The notes under the pieces are model-generated. The model saw nothing but the letters and a program-made list of their open reading frames with translations. It searched no databases and was not told the origin of the DNA. Below are positions 43,266 to 55,847 of a stretch of 64,000 bases of DNA, in pieces. Every line of letters begins with the position of its first letter. The first letter of the stretch is position 1. This DNA is from Cladosporium halotolerans (taxonomy: Eukaryota), in the NCBI RefSeq assembly GCF_011745625.1, contig NW_027191472.1:186001-250000 (forward strand), in the 5' to 3' direction. A program made the position numbers and the translations under genes.

Positions 43266-44726
43266 ATGCAGTCGGCAGACTTCGACCTGGACATGCGATT
43301 GCTTTCGGCTTCAGCGATCGCCTTGTGCGCCATATCGCTCTCCATTGTGTGGCGGGTCATAAGCAGCCACCGCAACAATGCCTTCAAAGAAGACATAGCC
43401 GTCGACGACAACTGGATCATCCAGCGCCTTAACCTTCCAGAGACCTTCGAATTTCACCGGTATCGCATGAAAGTCCGAGAGCAGGAAGATATGCGGAGAA
43501 AGGGCGTGGTTCTAATGCAAAAATATCTCGATGTCTCCACACCACTCGCAACAATCAATAAATCCGAGGGCAACGTGACGCTGCCTCCATCCTCGGAGCA
43601 GATGAGTGCCCATGTTCCATCATTCCGACATCTTAACACCGAAGAGACACAATTCCTCGTGCTAGGATTAGCCACAAAGTTCGACGACATCATCCCTGTG
43701 TTGAATGACATGCGCCGCTGGCTATCCCGCACAAGAACAAGGCTGCTGATACTCGTTACCGACAAGACCTGTTTCGTCAGGGAACGCGAGGCTGTCGACA
43801 AAGTCTACGCGAGAGCAGCCGAACTCGAGATCAGAGTGGAGCTGTTTCCCTACACTGTCCCCGAAGAGACCGATTTCACGAGAGAATGGGGCTTTGTCGA
43901 TCGGCTGTTCTCGGAAGCTGTGAACGAGCCAAAGGCCAAGTGGGTTGGCATCATCGAAGAAGAAACCTTCTTCGTGTCTCTGCCGCAGCTGATGGACACG
44001 CTCACCCAGTTCGATCACACGAAGCCGCTCTACCTAGGCCAGCTGAGTGAGAGCTGGTCGCGCGTGACCCACGAAGGGATGAAGGCATGCGGAGGCGCTG
44101 GGGTCTTCGTCTCGGTGCCTCTACTGGCTGCGGCTCTTGGTGAATTAGACATGTGTAATGCTTTCGAGAAAGGGTTAAATCACGTCCGCTGGCGCGACTG
44201 CATCTACAACATCACGGATCCCAGGGTCAGACTGACGCAGGTGGAAGGGCTGAACCAGCTGGATTTCCGAGGGGATCTCTCCGGTTGGTACGAGGCTGGG
44301 CACGAGAAGCTGCTTTCGCTACACCACTGGAAGTCCAGGCATTCGCATCCAGTACCCGCGGCTCACATGGTGACCGACATCGCGGGTCCAGATAGCTTCC
44401 TCGAACGCTACATCTGGCCTGCGGATCGCGTGATACTTACCAACGGCTACAGTATCGTGAAATATCCAATGGGAGTTCCGGACATCCGTACACCGGAGCT
44501 GACTATGGTTGAGGATGGGAGCACTGAAAAGGCGCCTGACTGGAAGGAGTTCCACCACAGTCTTGGATCTACAAGACCTGCTTTGGAGATCGGTGTGGAA
44601 AAGGTGAGCTGGAAGTTCGTTAATGCATGGAAAGACCGCAAGGGCAACGTGAGGCAGTTCTATGTCAGGTATGGAGCCGGAGACGGCGAAAAGGCGAGTG
44701 TCATTGAGATCGACTGGGTAGCTTAG
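43266..44726 (+). CDS. Glycosyltransferase family 31 / Fringe-like (DUF604) type II membrane protein
   Basis: N-terminal TM segment; LVLGLAT, KWVGIIEEETFF, YLGQLSE, GGAGVFVS, LNQLDFRGDLSGWYE, LLSLHHWKS and LTNGYSIVKYP. Confidence 0.85.
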   Translation: MQSADFDLDMRLLSASAIALCAISLSIVWRVISSHRNNAFKEDIAVDDNWIIQRLNLPETFEFHRYRMKVREQEDMRRKGVVLMQKYLDVSTPLATINKSEGNVTLPPSSEQMSAHVPSFRHLNTEETQFLVLGLATKFDDIIPVLNDMRRWLSRTRTRLLILVTDKTCFVREREAVDKVYARAAELEIRVELFPYTVPEETDFTREWGFVDRLFSEAVNEPKAKWVGIIEEETFFVSLPQLMDTLTQFDHTKPLYLGQLSESWSRVTHEGMKACGGAGVFVSVPLLAAALGELDMCNAFEKGLNHVRWRDCIYNITDPRVRLTQVEGLNQLDFRGDLSGWYEAGHEKLLSLHHWKSRHSHPVPAAHMVTDIAGPDSFLERYIWPADRVILTNGYSIVKYPMGVPDIRTPELTMVEDGSTEKAPDWKEFHHSLGSTRPALEIGVEKVSWKFVNAWKDRKGNVRQFYVRYGAGDGEKASVIEIDWVA

Positions 44727-45092
44727 GTTGAAGGCGATGTCAATCCTGGACAGCAGAGAACGCAGAGGCATTATATGCCCTGCACCGCACCTTGCCATCG
44801 GATAATTCTTCGAGGAACATACCGATATCTCATTGTTCCATTGCTTGCGCTTTGAGCTCTCCACTAATCGCCTGCGTCCGCACGATGAGTATCGCACTCG
44901 TCATTGTTGAAACGCAGCCCGTACCGTGTGCGCGATCACCTGGCATCGAGAATATACTCAGACATCGGGGTACCAAACGCCGCATGAGACTGCAAGCTGA
45001 GCGATGTCGAAACATGCAATTTGGATACTACGATGATGTGCACATGCATGCTGCGAAGTACATGCAAGTAATTCTCCGCAACTACAACACGC

Positions 45093-47438
45093 TCAAGACA
45101 AAAACCGCTCGAACCGCCCCTCTCTCGGCGGCGTGACATCCAGACTCCCGCCCAGCCTCCTCCCCAGCCAGATGTCCCGCTCGATCTCCAGCCCCGCAAG
45201 CTGTTCCTCGAGCTGGTTTTCTATCTCCTCGCTGACACTGTACCGGCCATTCGGGGGCGATTGAGAGCTCCCGTTTGCGGCACCAGGAGCTGCGCTATCG
45301 ACAGCTCTTTCCCGCGAGACAGGGATAGGATCGATGTTGACGCTGGTATACGTGCCTCCGCTTGGAGCGTTGGTCGGGTACGTGTTGCGGTACGCACTCT
45401 TCTCTGGGATGACGGGCCGTGGCGCAACGAGGACTTGGCCGACGCAGAAGGTCTCGCGGTGGACGCTGGAGTCGGAGCGGTTGCGACTCCGCCTGCTGGA
45501 GCGGTGGATGTCTGCCGGTGTCTGCGGCTGTAGGTGGGCGGGCGTGGCGTCGTTGTAGACGGGTAGTTTGGGCGTTGCGGTCGTTGAAAGGTGTTGAGGG
45601 CGGCTGGGACTCGTGGTCTCGAAGTTTGCTTTGCTTGAGTGGGCTGTGGAGTGGTGTGATGGCAGCTTTGGAGATGCTGATGATGGATCCCGTGGTTGGG
45701 AAGGCGTTGTTGGCGCGGGTGCTGGTTTCGTCAATGTCATGCGTGAGGGTGACGCGAGAAGCCTTGATAGCGAAGGCTCTGATTGTTCGATAAGGGATGT
45801 AAAGCTTGTCTGGCTATCCACGAACGATTCGAGATCTGAATTTGTTGTGTGGTGTGCTTTCACATCGCCGCCATGGAGAAGATCACCACTCAAAAGTCTG
45901 ATGCGGTTTCTCTGTTTGTTTGGCGTCTGCCCAATACTGGAGGAGTTGCCAGGCGGACCCAAAACTGTCGATAACCTGCTCAGTTCAGCGGTCAATCCAT
46001 CCAATGGCGACGAACGAAATTTCAGAAATTCGGCAGCTGCGTCAATGGGTAATGTGTACGGACGTTGGCAACTGGATGACTGGCTAGGCAGCTCAAGGTT
46101 GGGGGTTCTCGTGGCAAAATTGACGCTGCTGGAAAGACGCTTGGTCTCTGGTAGATCGAGTGGAAGGTTACGCCATGACAAGGAGCTGCTACGATTATGC
46201 ACAATGGGTGAGGCTCTTGGTGATATGCACGACCCTCCTTCAGGAGTGGTCACTGGTTGCAGTCCTGGTGAGGTGGATGGGGGTAGAAGCGCCTCAGTTC
46301 CGGCACTAGGAGACTGGTGTGCAGCCTCCGCACGATCAATTTCTCGGTGAGCCTCATCTATCGATTGAGGCTGGGGAACAGAAGCCTGAGACGAGTGTCT
46401 GTTTCCACGATCGAAGGCGTTGCGACTTGACCTCCCGGCATTGGTAGTAGGGAGAAGGAGTGGATATCGCTCAAGGTTTGGACGAGAGTCCGGAACAGTG
46501 TTGTTTTCGCTTAGCCGTCTGGGCCGCGATGTCACCGCATTGGATTGAGGTCGACGCAGTCTTTGCGTTGCGGTCGACGTGTTTAGTCTGGGCGTAATCT
46601 GCGGCGGCTCATGGCTTTCCTGAGGGGCATGGTGACGCTGTGGGCCGGCGTTCTGTTCAGATGGCGTTTGTAGGCGCAAACTTCGGTCGCTATCACTGTT
46701 CTGAAGTGGTTGACACTTTACTGCAGGGTCTGGGTTGCGTACCACAGTGGTTGAGCCAAATCGTACCCTAGGCGTGAACACAGGAGCGACAGGATCAAGG
46801 AAGTGAGCAATCGCTTGACCGGGCTCCCCAGCAGCGTCAGGGTAATGTAGAGATGAGGTTTCCAAGTATCTTGCGGAAGGATGCGCGATCCTGGAGTCGC
46901 TGGTGCCGTCGAAAGCTTCCAGTACGTGATGCGATGGTGATGTCTGTCGGCGACGGTGTCGCAGACGAGTGTCCCAGGCAGCTTGCTCCAAGGGTGACCT
47001 CGATATTGGAAGATCCGACGGTGGTGGTTGGGATGCGCTTGATTTGATTGGATCCTTTCCGTTCAAAGGCCCCGAATCGCAGGTCAAACGTGGTCGAGAT
47101 TGATGAGCTATTGCAGCGGTATTTCTGCAGGCCTCCGAAGCAGTGCTGGGACGACATTGTGTGATTGTACTGTACTCTTCCTCAAATATATGAGGACTGC
47201 CCGAAGAAACGCCCAAAGCTTTGTTGCAATGCTCTGGATGTAACGTCGTCACGATAGTCGGCAAGCCAGGTCCTGTGCTTAGCCTAGCTTTGCCTTTGCC
47301 CAAGTCGGAAAAGGCTCTCCGGCGGAGGGCGATCCGTTCATCAAGATGCTGAATGTCGCTGGGTACGAGATTGATCTGTGAGGACCTATAGGAGATCATG
47401 ACGTCCTGCAATTCCTCGGATTCGACGATGCTGTCCAT
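45093..47438 (-). CDS. Hypothetical S/P/R-rich disordered protein
   Basis: 781-aa uninterrupted ORF starting at ATG. Motif-like islands LDPVAPVFTP, PVYND..P...QPQTP and TPPREGRFERFL. No domain recognised. Confidence 0.72.
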   Translation of the reverse strand: MDSIVESEELQDVMISYRSSQINLVPSDIQHLDERIALRRRAFSDLGKGKARLSTGPGLPTIVTTLHPEHCNKALGVSSGSPHIFEEEYSTITQCRPSTASEACRNTAAIAHQSRPRLTCDSGPLNGKDPIKSSASQPPPSDLPISRSPLEQAAWDTRLRHRRRQTSPSHHVLEAFDGTSDSRIAHPSARYLETSSLHYPDAAGEPGQAIAHFLDPVAPVFTPRVRFGSTTVVRNPDPAVKCQPLQNSDSDRSLRLQTPSEQNAGPQRHHAPQESHEPPQITPRLNTSTATQRLRRPQSNAVTSRPRRLSENNTVPDSRPNLERYPLLLPTTNAGRSSRNAFDRGNRHSSQASVPQPQSIDEAHREIDRAEAAHQSPSAGTEALLPPSTSPGLQPVTTPEGGSCISPRASPIVHNRSSSLSWRNLPLDLPETKRLSSSVNFATRTPNLELPSQSSSCQRPYTLPIDAAAEFLKFRSSPLDGLTAELSRLSTVLGPPGNSSSIGQTPNKQRNRIRLLSGDLLHGGDVKAHHTTNSDLESFVDSQTSFTSLIEQSEPSLSRLLASPSRMTLTKPAPAPTTPSQPRDPSSASPKLPSHHSTAHSSKANFETTSPSRPQHLSTTATPKLPVYNDATPAHLQPQTPADIHRSSRRSRNRSDSSVHRETFCVGQVLVAPRPVIPEKSAYRNTYPTNAPSGGTYTSVNIDPIPVSRERAVDSAAPGAANGSSQSPPNGRYSVSEEIENQLEEQLAGLEIERDIWLGRRLGGSLDVTPPREGRFERFLS

Positions 47439-48726
47439 GGGTGACGATCATGGTCATGGTCGTTGGAGAAAAGGACAGAAATCATTATACAGCAATCGCT
47501 TGGGAAAGGTACCTACTGGTTTCCAAGTGGAACCCGCGTCTTAGACAAAGAAGGTGCATTTGTACCTATACCGAATGTAATGGTGGAAAGCGCGCAACGG
47601 GAGAGCGAATGGCTGGTGCAGTGCAAGAAGTGGCAGGTACCTTTGCATTTGCTAATGATTAGCTTCCTTGATACCTACATACCTGCAATGCACGTCAGCA
47701 GCTATTGTTAGCATCCGGACGCAATGGCGAACAACCACAGGGCGGACACGGTGAGTATCTCATGCGATTAGCCGAGACCATCAAAGATTGACACGTCATA
47801 TTCGGCCTCGGTACTGGGGGTCGTTGTACGCCATGGAGAGGACATCTGAGCTCTCACGACACAGAGCTTGGCCAATATCCTCACGAATTGACCAGGAGAT
47901 CCTTGTATAGGTGTGCCAATGCTGCCCGCAATGAGCCCCATCTCAATCTCAGACCTGATTATTCTGCCCGAGAAGGGAAGCTGTGTGTCGGCGTAATCGA
48001 GCATGGTGAGGGCCAGTTGTCACCGTCCAACTTCAACGTTCTCAGCATCAACATGCTCGAAACGGCAACAGATACGCGAGGGCTGCTGGGCGCATGTCAT
48101 GAATGCAGGCGTAGGGCTGAAGAAGGAAGGGCGATGTGTGACTTCAGTGGCGGCCAGTCGGCGCGTGTAGCGAGCACGCTGTCACGTGCGGCGCGCGGAG
48201 GGCAGCCTGAGGAAGGCGGAGGGGCGAGTTGGGAGGAGGCGATCTGCAGCGTCGGCTGCCTTAACCGCTGGCTGGCGCCGGCTGGCGTTAGGGCCGACGA
48301 CGCAGCAACACAGCCAGCAGCCAGCAGCCAGCGACCCAGGCGGAGTGTCCAGCGTCGTCTGCACGTCGTGCTCGTGTCGTTCACTCAGCGCCAGCCCGCC
48401 TGCCAGCCCGCCGCTGCCACCACCACCACCGCGCCCTGCTCCCGCCCGCACCGCCCCTGCGCCCACTCCATGCCACATATACCATAGACCGCCCGCCGCC
48501 CGCCCGCCCATTGCTGCCCGCCGCGGCCGCCGACACCGCCGCCCCGACTCCCTGCTGCCTCACCACCACCGCCCTCTGCCCGCGCCCGCTCCACGCCCCA
48601 CGCTCGCTACGCCCTCACCGCATGCAAACACCCCATGCTGCCGCATAGCCCTCGCTCGTTCCGCCCCTTGCCTGCATACAGCACGTCCGCTCCGCTGGCT
48701 GCCGCCAACGGCTTCGGCCACGCACT

Positions 48727-51420
48727 ATGTCTGGCGACCTGAGTCTTTCGCAATCGCTGGGCGGCCTGCGTATCGCCAACCCGGACAATGACACCGCCGG
48801 CTCTCCCACCTCTCCTCCGCCAGACCGACAACCCCCGCCCTCGTCACATTCATCCGGAAGCACCGTGACTGAACACAGGAGGCCCGAACTCCTGCCCACA
48901 TTGTCACATCAAAGCTCAAACTACGACTCAAGTCTGGGCTTCCAAGCCGATGAGTACTCCCTGCAAAACACCAATGTCCCGCCTGCTGTACAGCAACCGC
49001 CCCAGCCGATCCCGGCTCAAAGCATACCGCAGGCGCAGGATCCCACACCCAGACCACATTTGAGTCACAGGAGTAGTATGCCTTTGGACTACCAAGCTCA
49101 ACAGGCAGCGCCATATCCACAAAACGCGCCTGCATACGGTCCTCAGATGCGTCAGCCCGGCACTCAGCCTGCTGTGATCCGCCCGGCGTCAGGCATGTAT
49201 AGCCAACCAAATGCTTCCGCGAGTTCAGGATTCAGCCAAGCCTCTTATAGTTATCGATCGGACATGAGCTCGGCGGACGGAGCCGGACCGGGTCTCATGA
49301 GACAAGGGTCAGGAGGAATGAGGCAACCCATGGGGCCTTTACCATCAAGAGACGCAAGCAGGATATACAGACAGCCGAGCCTACAAATGAGTGGTCCCCT
49401 GCCTCCTCGGAGGAATTCCCGAAGGGCTAGGCCACCGCCGCCAGGAGCTTCTGTTGGCTATGACGACGGGAATTATGGGGGAAACGCTCCGATGCCTAGA
49501 GGATCAGAGGACTGGAGGGAGAAAGGCGCCGCTGTTTCCACGCGACAAGGCACCGATGCGTCAGGTCAACCCGTCCAGCGAACAATCAAAAAGGGCGTCA
49601 AAGACTTCAATTTCGGAAGGACGTTAGGCGAAGGCAGCTACAGTACCGTTTTGGCCGCTACCGATCGACAGAATTTGAAAGAGTATGCTATCAAGGTTTT
49701 GGACAAGAGGCATATCATCAAGGAAAAGAAGGTCAAGTACGTCAACATCGAGCGAGACACCCTGAACCGCTTGACGGATCACCCTGGCATCGTTCGACTA
49801 TATTACACATTCCAAGACGAACGATCACTGTACTTCGTATTGGATCTAGCCTCCGGAGGCGAGCTCCTGGGCGTTCTGAAGAAGCTGGGCAGTTTCGACA
49901 TCGAATGTACCAGATTCTACGCTGCGCAGATCTTGGACAGCATAGCCTACATGCACAGCAAGGGCGTAATCCACCGTGACTTGAAGCCGGAGAACGTCTT
50001 GCTCGACCGGGACATGCACGTTAAGATTACCGACTTCGGCACAGCGAAGATTCTGAACACTGAAGTCAAGCCGAATGGAACGAGCAATGCCAGTAACGGC
50101 GACACACCAGGCGATCCCACGGATGGATTTGAGTCTGACCGAGCGGTCTCTTTTGTTGGAACCGCCGAATACGTCAGCCCTGAGCTGCTTCGTGACAAGA
50201 ATGCATGCAAATCGAGTGATCTATGGGCGTTTGGGTGCATTCTCTTTCAACTCATTGCCGGTCGACCACCATTCAAAGCGGCAAACGAATACCTCACGTT
50301 TCAGAAAATCCTTGGACTGGAGTACAGCTTTCCCGACGGCTTTCCTGAGGTGGCCCGTGACTTGGTAGAACGGCTTCTCGTGCTGGAACCCGCCAATCGC
50401 CTGCCAGTCGAGCATATCAGAAATCACAGGTTCTTCGAAGGCTCGCAATGGGGTAAAGGTCTGTGGAGGCAGAAAGCTCCGCGGCTGAAACCATACGTGC
50501 CACCAGCTGCGGCTCCCATCAAGCTGAACGGATCGGGTGGCTCAACGCCGTTTGGACAAATCAGCTCTGGACCGCCGCCAGCCTCCATGCCTCAAACTCA
50601 GACACAGGGTCCGACTGCTCGTCCGCAATTGCGTGGAATCACTGAATTACCCCCACCGAGCCAGTTGGACATCGACTGGTCTCCCGTACTCACGCACAAC
50701 AACGAGCGCATCCTCAAATTGGGCAATCTGATAGTCCATACTTCATCACAAGCTAGTTCGCCTGGCGGCAAAGGTGGCGATCCGGTCACTCCGTCAGAGA
50801 AGCCGAAGTTTTCTCGTTTCTTCAGTGGTAACACGACAAAGAAGAAGGAAAGGCTGGTGCTCATCACGTCGAGCGCGAGGGTCATTCTGGCTCCTGCAGG
50901 TGGCAACGAGAAAAAGGCAAAGATGGAGATTCCACTTGTTTCGCCTGGTTGCTCATGGAGAAGTTATGTGGACGGAAAAGGGCTGACAGCATGGTCAATT
51001 GATACGGTAAGCAGGCGGAATACTTGGCAAGCTCTATCGACCCTTCGCTAACTTTCATGACAGAAAGATAAGCATCTGACCTTCGAAGATCCACGCGCCA
51101 CGACTTCCGACCCAGCAGGCAGCAAGTACAGCACGCAAGAATGGATTGACTCCGTTGAGCAAGCCAGGGAGATCGCACTCTTACAATCTACCTCCGGCCC
51201 GTACTCGAGCGAAAACATTCTCAACGGGCTGAACACCAACATGAGCAGCCCGGCCCATTCACTAGGAGGAGATTCGGCGATGCCTATGTCCGGACCAAGC
51301 AGCGGGGCTCACTCAGGTCGCCAAACACTTCGCAAAGACAAAGACGATGGAGATAGCTCGAAAGGTCGCAAGAGGTTTAGTAAGAGACATAGCAAGAGCG
51401 GACTCGCCGCCGTTTTCTAG
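48727..51420 (+). CDS. PKH1: PDK1-family Ser/Thr kinase (Pkh1/Ksg1) with C-terminal PH-like domain (exons 48727-51006, 51064-51420)
   Basis: DFNFGRTLGEGSYSTV, YAIKVLDKRHIIKEKKVKYV, HRDLKPEN, ITDFGTAK, SFVGTAEYVSPE and NEYLTFQKI. Intron GTAAGC...CTAAC...CAG. Ends GLAAVF*. Confidence 0.96.
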
Positions 51421-52125
51421 GCATGAGCAAAAAGCATCAAATGGGGCTGCACACACCACCACATCACCATCACACAAATTAATATTCACCACAATCATTG
51501 GCACGACATCACGACTTTCCACGGCCAGCCTTGCAACTTCTGGCCTTCCTGCGTTGCCTGTCGGCCGAACTCATTTGGGTCGGCACAACTCCCTTTTAGA
51601 TACACATCACGCAGCGATACACAAACTCTGTCAACTCGAGTTGATCGCCTCATCTTCAGCATGGAAGCCTCACACATTTCCAACCCGCTCTTTGGCCTCT
51701 CCATTTTCGCCTAGATTGTCGCGGAGGCAGCTGGGGTCCCCCTCGAGCCTACTGCACCCTTCCCATTTTCTTATCCCTCGTTAAGCAGAGCGTGGCGTTG
51801 CAGGTTTCATTTGTGCAAGGGGTGTCGTGTTTTCCCTCCAAAAAACGAGCATGAGCTTCCTGAGAAGACATTACAACGGCTGTGTGTTCTTTTGTTTTCG
51901 ATTTCCTTCCTGTCGATCCCGGCGATATTAGAGCGAGTCGAGCGTTTCGCTCTTCACCTTTCAGCGGACCCTTTTTCTCCCTTTCACAACCAGCTAGCTT
52001 GAGCGGATCATTTTGGGTACATAGGTGTACGTATAGTGCCGGCTTATACCGAGCGAGACAAGCAAAAAGGATCTTCTGCCTTGCCCTCCCAATCTCCAAA
52101 CCCTCCTCCCTCCATCCACCTACTC

Positions 52126-53325
52126 TCACCTCTCCTTCTTCCCACCCCCAAACCCCTCCATTGCCCTATCAACCCCACTCGCCCACCTCGCCACCCTCTG
52201 CATACTGTACGGCAGCACCCCCAAAACCCCCACCCACCGCGCATACAGCGGCAGGCTCACCTCCCCGCTCACCCCCTCGTCCACAACCCTCACAATCTCC
52301 CCCGCCAATTCCACAGCTTCCACCACCGGCCCCAGGAACGCGCTCGGCGTCTGCACACCCGCGAACAGCGCCGTCCCCAGCTGTCCGGGCGTCACCAGCA
52401 CCGTCCGCACGTTCTCTGCGCCGGCCGGCGCGGAGGGGGAGGCGAGCTCGGCGCGCAGAGACGCGTGCAGGGCGATGAGCCCGGCTTTGGCCGCTGCGTA
52501 GTCGGTTAGGTTCGCGGCGCCGATGCGGCCGAGGACCGAGGCGACGGTGACGATTGTGCCGCCGTCGGGGTTGGTGAGGAGGGTCGGGAGGAAGGTTTGG
52601 AGCGTGTGGAAGTGCGAGTGTAGGTTTGTTTGGAGGGTTAGGTTGATTTGGGAGGGGGTGAGGGAGAGGAGGGGCGCGCCGGAGACGGTGCCGGCGTTGT
52701 TGATTAGGATTGTTGGGGGGCCGAGCTGGGGGTTTTGTTGTTAGTTATGCAGTTGGAGATGAGAAAGGGGTGGTGGAGGGAGGGACTGAAAGAGGTTTGG
52801 CAAGGAATCACAGTGTCTACGTACATCCTTCTCTATCTCCTCCTTCGCCCTGCGCACCTCCTCGATCTTCGACACATCGCACCGGTAGAGCCGCACGTTC
52901 TGCATCCCCTCGCTCTCCGCCTCCTCCGGCTCCCTGATATCGAGCACCGCCACACTCACGCCGCGCATACTATACGTTTCCGCGAGCACTCTCCCCAGCC
53001 CGCCCGCGCCGCCCGTGATGACAACCACCTCTTCATCCCAGTTGATCTTGCGTGGCGGGCCCCAAGCCAGCCTCTTGTCCAGTTTACACAGGAGCGCGAA
53101 GAGCGTGACACCAGCCGCGTATGCGCATGAGTAGTGGAAGTACGGGTGCGAGTAGGGGTAGGAGAGCGAGCGCAGGCAGAGCGGGATGAGCCAGGCGATG
53201 AACGGGTGGAAGACGGAGCGGGCGAGGACGGCGGCGAGCAGGTCAATGGTGATGTAGGCGTGCCATGGTTTGTCTGGGACGGCGCGGGTGGAAACATGCG
53301 ATTTTAAGCGCTGCGGAGACGCCAT
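52126..53325 (-). CDS. Membrane-associated short-chain dehydrogenase/reductase (17-beta-HSD XI / Tda5-like); 2 exons
   Basis: VVVITGGAGGLG, YRCDVS. Intron 52726-52824 joins KD|LGPPTILINNAG. Catalytic DYAAAK; VTPGQLGTALF. ATG at 53325 (MASPQR). Confidence 0.9.
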
Positions 53326-53701
53326 TTGCGAAACGAATGGGAGGTGTTGTTGGAGATCGACACGATTGAAGTGAAGTGGAGGTGGGGCAGTGGGCAGCTC
53401 GGCGGGTCCCGCTTTTTGACATCGGATGGGTCGAGCATTATATTTCACAACCGCGCCTTTGATTAAATCCAACATTACCTTGCACTCATAAGGGTAACTC
53501 TGGAATTCGGTTCGAGATGGTTTTAAAGCGCGAACGAATGTTACGCTTGCTTTTGTCACGCTAGATGACCAAAGACAAGCTCGCTGTATTAATTCTATCT
53601 ATATGTGTCTTTTCCACCATCTCCTCGATATTTTCAATATAGTAGATTCCCTGCGCGAACTCGAAAGCTTCGGCAGAGTTTCTACCAGGTCCCACGTCGC
53701 T

Positions 53702-55629
53702 CTAGAAGAGGACGCCCGCCTCGTGCTTGTTGATCTTGAGATCTCTGATGACAAACATCCACACCAGTGACAAGGCCATCACAGAAGTACCGGCAATGAC
53801 CATGCGGCTCTGAGCAATACCGTAAGCCTGCTCAATAGCGTAGCGTGTCGCAGTACCCTTAGGGTAGCTGAGCTGGGTTTCTAGATCGCCAATAATAGAT
53901 TCAAGATCCGGAAGAGCCTCAGCGGGCAGCAGGCGCTCGAGAGCCTTAGGCAGGGTGGCTTGCCAGATGGCACCACTAATAGATCCACCGATGGCTCCAC
54001 CAATGTTGCCGAATACGCTGAGAGTGGCGAGCGCGCCAGCGTAGTTCTGGTGATCGGATGCCGCGAGAACGGCGACTTGCTGCACAATAATCATCGCTCC
54101 TCCAGAAAATGCGAGGAAGATCTGGCACATGATCAGGTATCCCACGCTTTGATCGGGCTTGCGAAAGTAGATCATGAGGCCCTCGCCGAGGATGTACAAA
54201 GGCACGGCCCAGTAGTAAATCCACCGGAAACGGCATGTGTACCTGATCATCAAGCCGACGGCGAAGAGCCAGACTCCAGACACGACGTCGAAGATGGATG
54301 CGATATAACCCGCGACTTCGAGGCTCTGGCCGGCATTAACCTGCAGGAAGGATGTGTAGTAGTAGTACCAGCAGTAGTACGCGATCTGGTAGCAGACGTC
54401 GAGCGCACAGGTACCGGCGACGGTTCGCGAGTGCAGAATCTCCCACTTGAGGAAAGGCTCCGGAGCCACGTATTTCTCGACAAGCCCGAAGACGAAGAAG
54501 AGGACGAATCCGAGAACGATCATTGCGATCATTCCACCGTCAGCCCACTGGTTCGCTTGGTATCCAGCAATGTTGAACGGGAGAAGGAAGAGCACCAGGG
54601 CAGCAAGCAGGAGGAACGTTCCAAGAACTGTGAAGGAAGTTAGCTCTCTATCATGTTAAAGGTCCGGCAACAATAGCTCACCATCGAACTGGATGATGTA
54701 GTACCAGATGCTCTGGGGAATGGTCCTGCCCGAGCTCTCCTTCGGAGGTAGAAGGCCCTGCTTCTTAGCCTGGCTGCGTGCATACATGAGAATGCCAACC
54801 ATGGGCGCCGCGAACACAGGCAGAATGATCGCGAAAGCTCCGTATCCCCAGCGCCAGTTATTCTCGTAAAATCGTGCAGCCGCGGAAGGGCCGGCATACG
54901 CGGTGATAATGTATGGCGACGAAGTGAAGGCGTACGCCAGGCCACGATCGCGAAGGGAGGAAGTGTCGGCAGTGATAACGTCGATACAGAAGGTCATGCC
55001 GGTAAAGCCGATGGTATAGAACACCTGGGTGGTTGTCAGCGATGATCGACACGCGTGTAACAGGCCTGATCTCTTATCTCACCTGAGAAGCGCAGTAGGT
55101 GCCGATGCCCTTGCAAGTAGCGCCAAGAATCAGACCCAGTGTCGCAAAAGAAACCATGAGCGTGAAGCCGACAGCACGATCCCAGAGGTTAAGGATCTTT
55201 GCAAGAGGCATGTAGGTAGCAGCACCCATGACGCTTGACACAACGCCAATGATCGGGAGCAACGAGTGAGACTCGAAATCGCTGGTGATATACGCGCTCA
55301 GGTTGGCCGTGATCGATGAGTTGAAGCCGTTGATGAGATATAGGAGCCACATGCTGTGATCTGATTAGGATCCGCTATCAAGGCGGTCTTCATGAGAGCA
55401 CGTACAAGATGTAAGCTGTCGCAAGCGACTTCTTCGTCCAGGCCATGGTGACAGCCTCGACTTGCTTGACGCCATGCTGAACGTGTCCATCAGATGAATC
55501 CTCGCTGTCGCTCTCAACAGTGTGCTTGGGATCTTTCGCGTCAGAAGGATAGCGGTCGGAGTCGGCCGGGATCTGTTGTTCGCTGTCAATGGGCAGAGTG
55601 CCGGTCATGGCGGCCTGGTTATGCGACAT
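53702..55629 (-). CDS. MFS siderophore-iron transporter (MirB/Sit1/ARN family), multi-exon
   Basis: QHGVKQVEAVTMAWTKKSL, ITSDFESHSLL, PLAKILNLWDR, DVITADTSSLRDRGLAYAFTSSPYII, NWRWGYGAF, GNIGGAIGGSISGAIW and AYGIAQSRM. Several short GT-AG introns. Confidence 0.93.
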
Positions 55630-55838
55630 CTCGGCTGACAACCAAGTGCAGTCTCCCAGCAAAGACCAAGGAAACGATAGTCGACAAAGACAAGAGATCT
55701 GCAACCAAGCAACTGCGCGGCAGGCTTCACCTCTTTAACGAACATCTTTCGGGCTCGTCCTCCGCACGGCGGCAGACGCTAAAAACCCTCCTACACGAAG
55801 GATGGGTCTAGCGAAGCCGTTCGCCAATCGATGCCAGG

Positions 55839-55847
55839 ATCTGATAA
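55839..55847 (+). promoter_or_regulatory. SreA/Urbs1/Sre1 iron-repressor GATA site (ATCWGATAA)
   Basis: Exact ATCTGATAA about 210 bp upstream of the siderophore transporter start codon. Confidence 0.75.

Noticed and set aside
47888..48791. 199- and 201-aa Pro/Arg/Ala-rich ORFs upstream of PKH1
   Set aside because: Non-ATG starts and low complexity arising from the GC-rich leader; not credible proteins.
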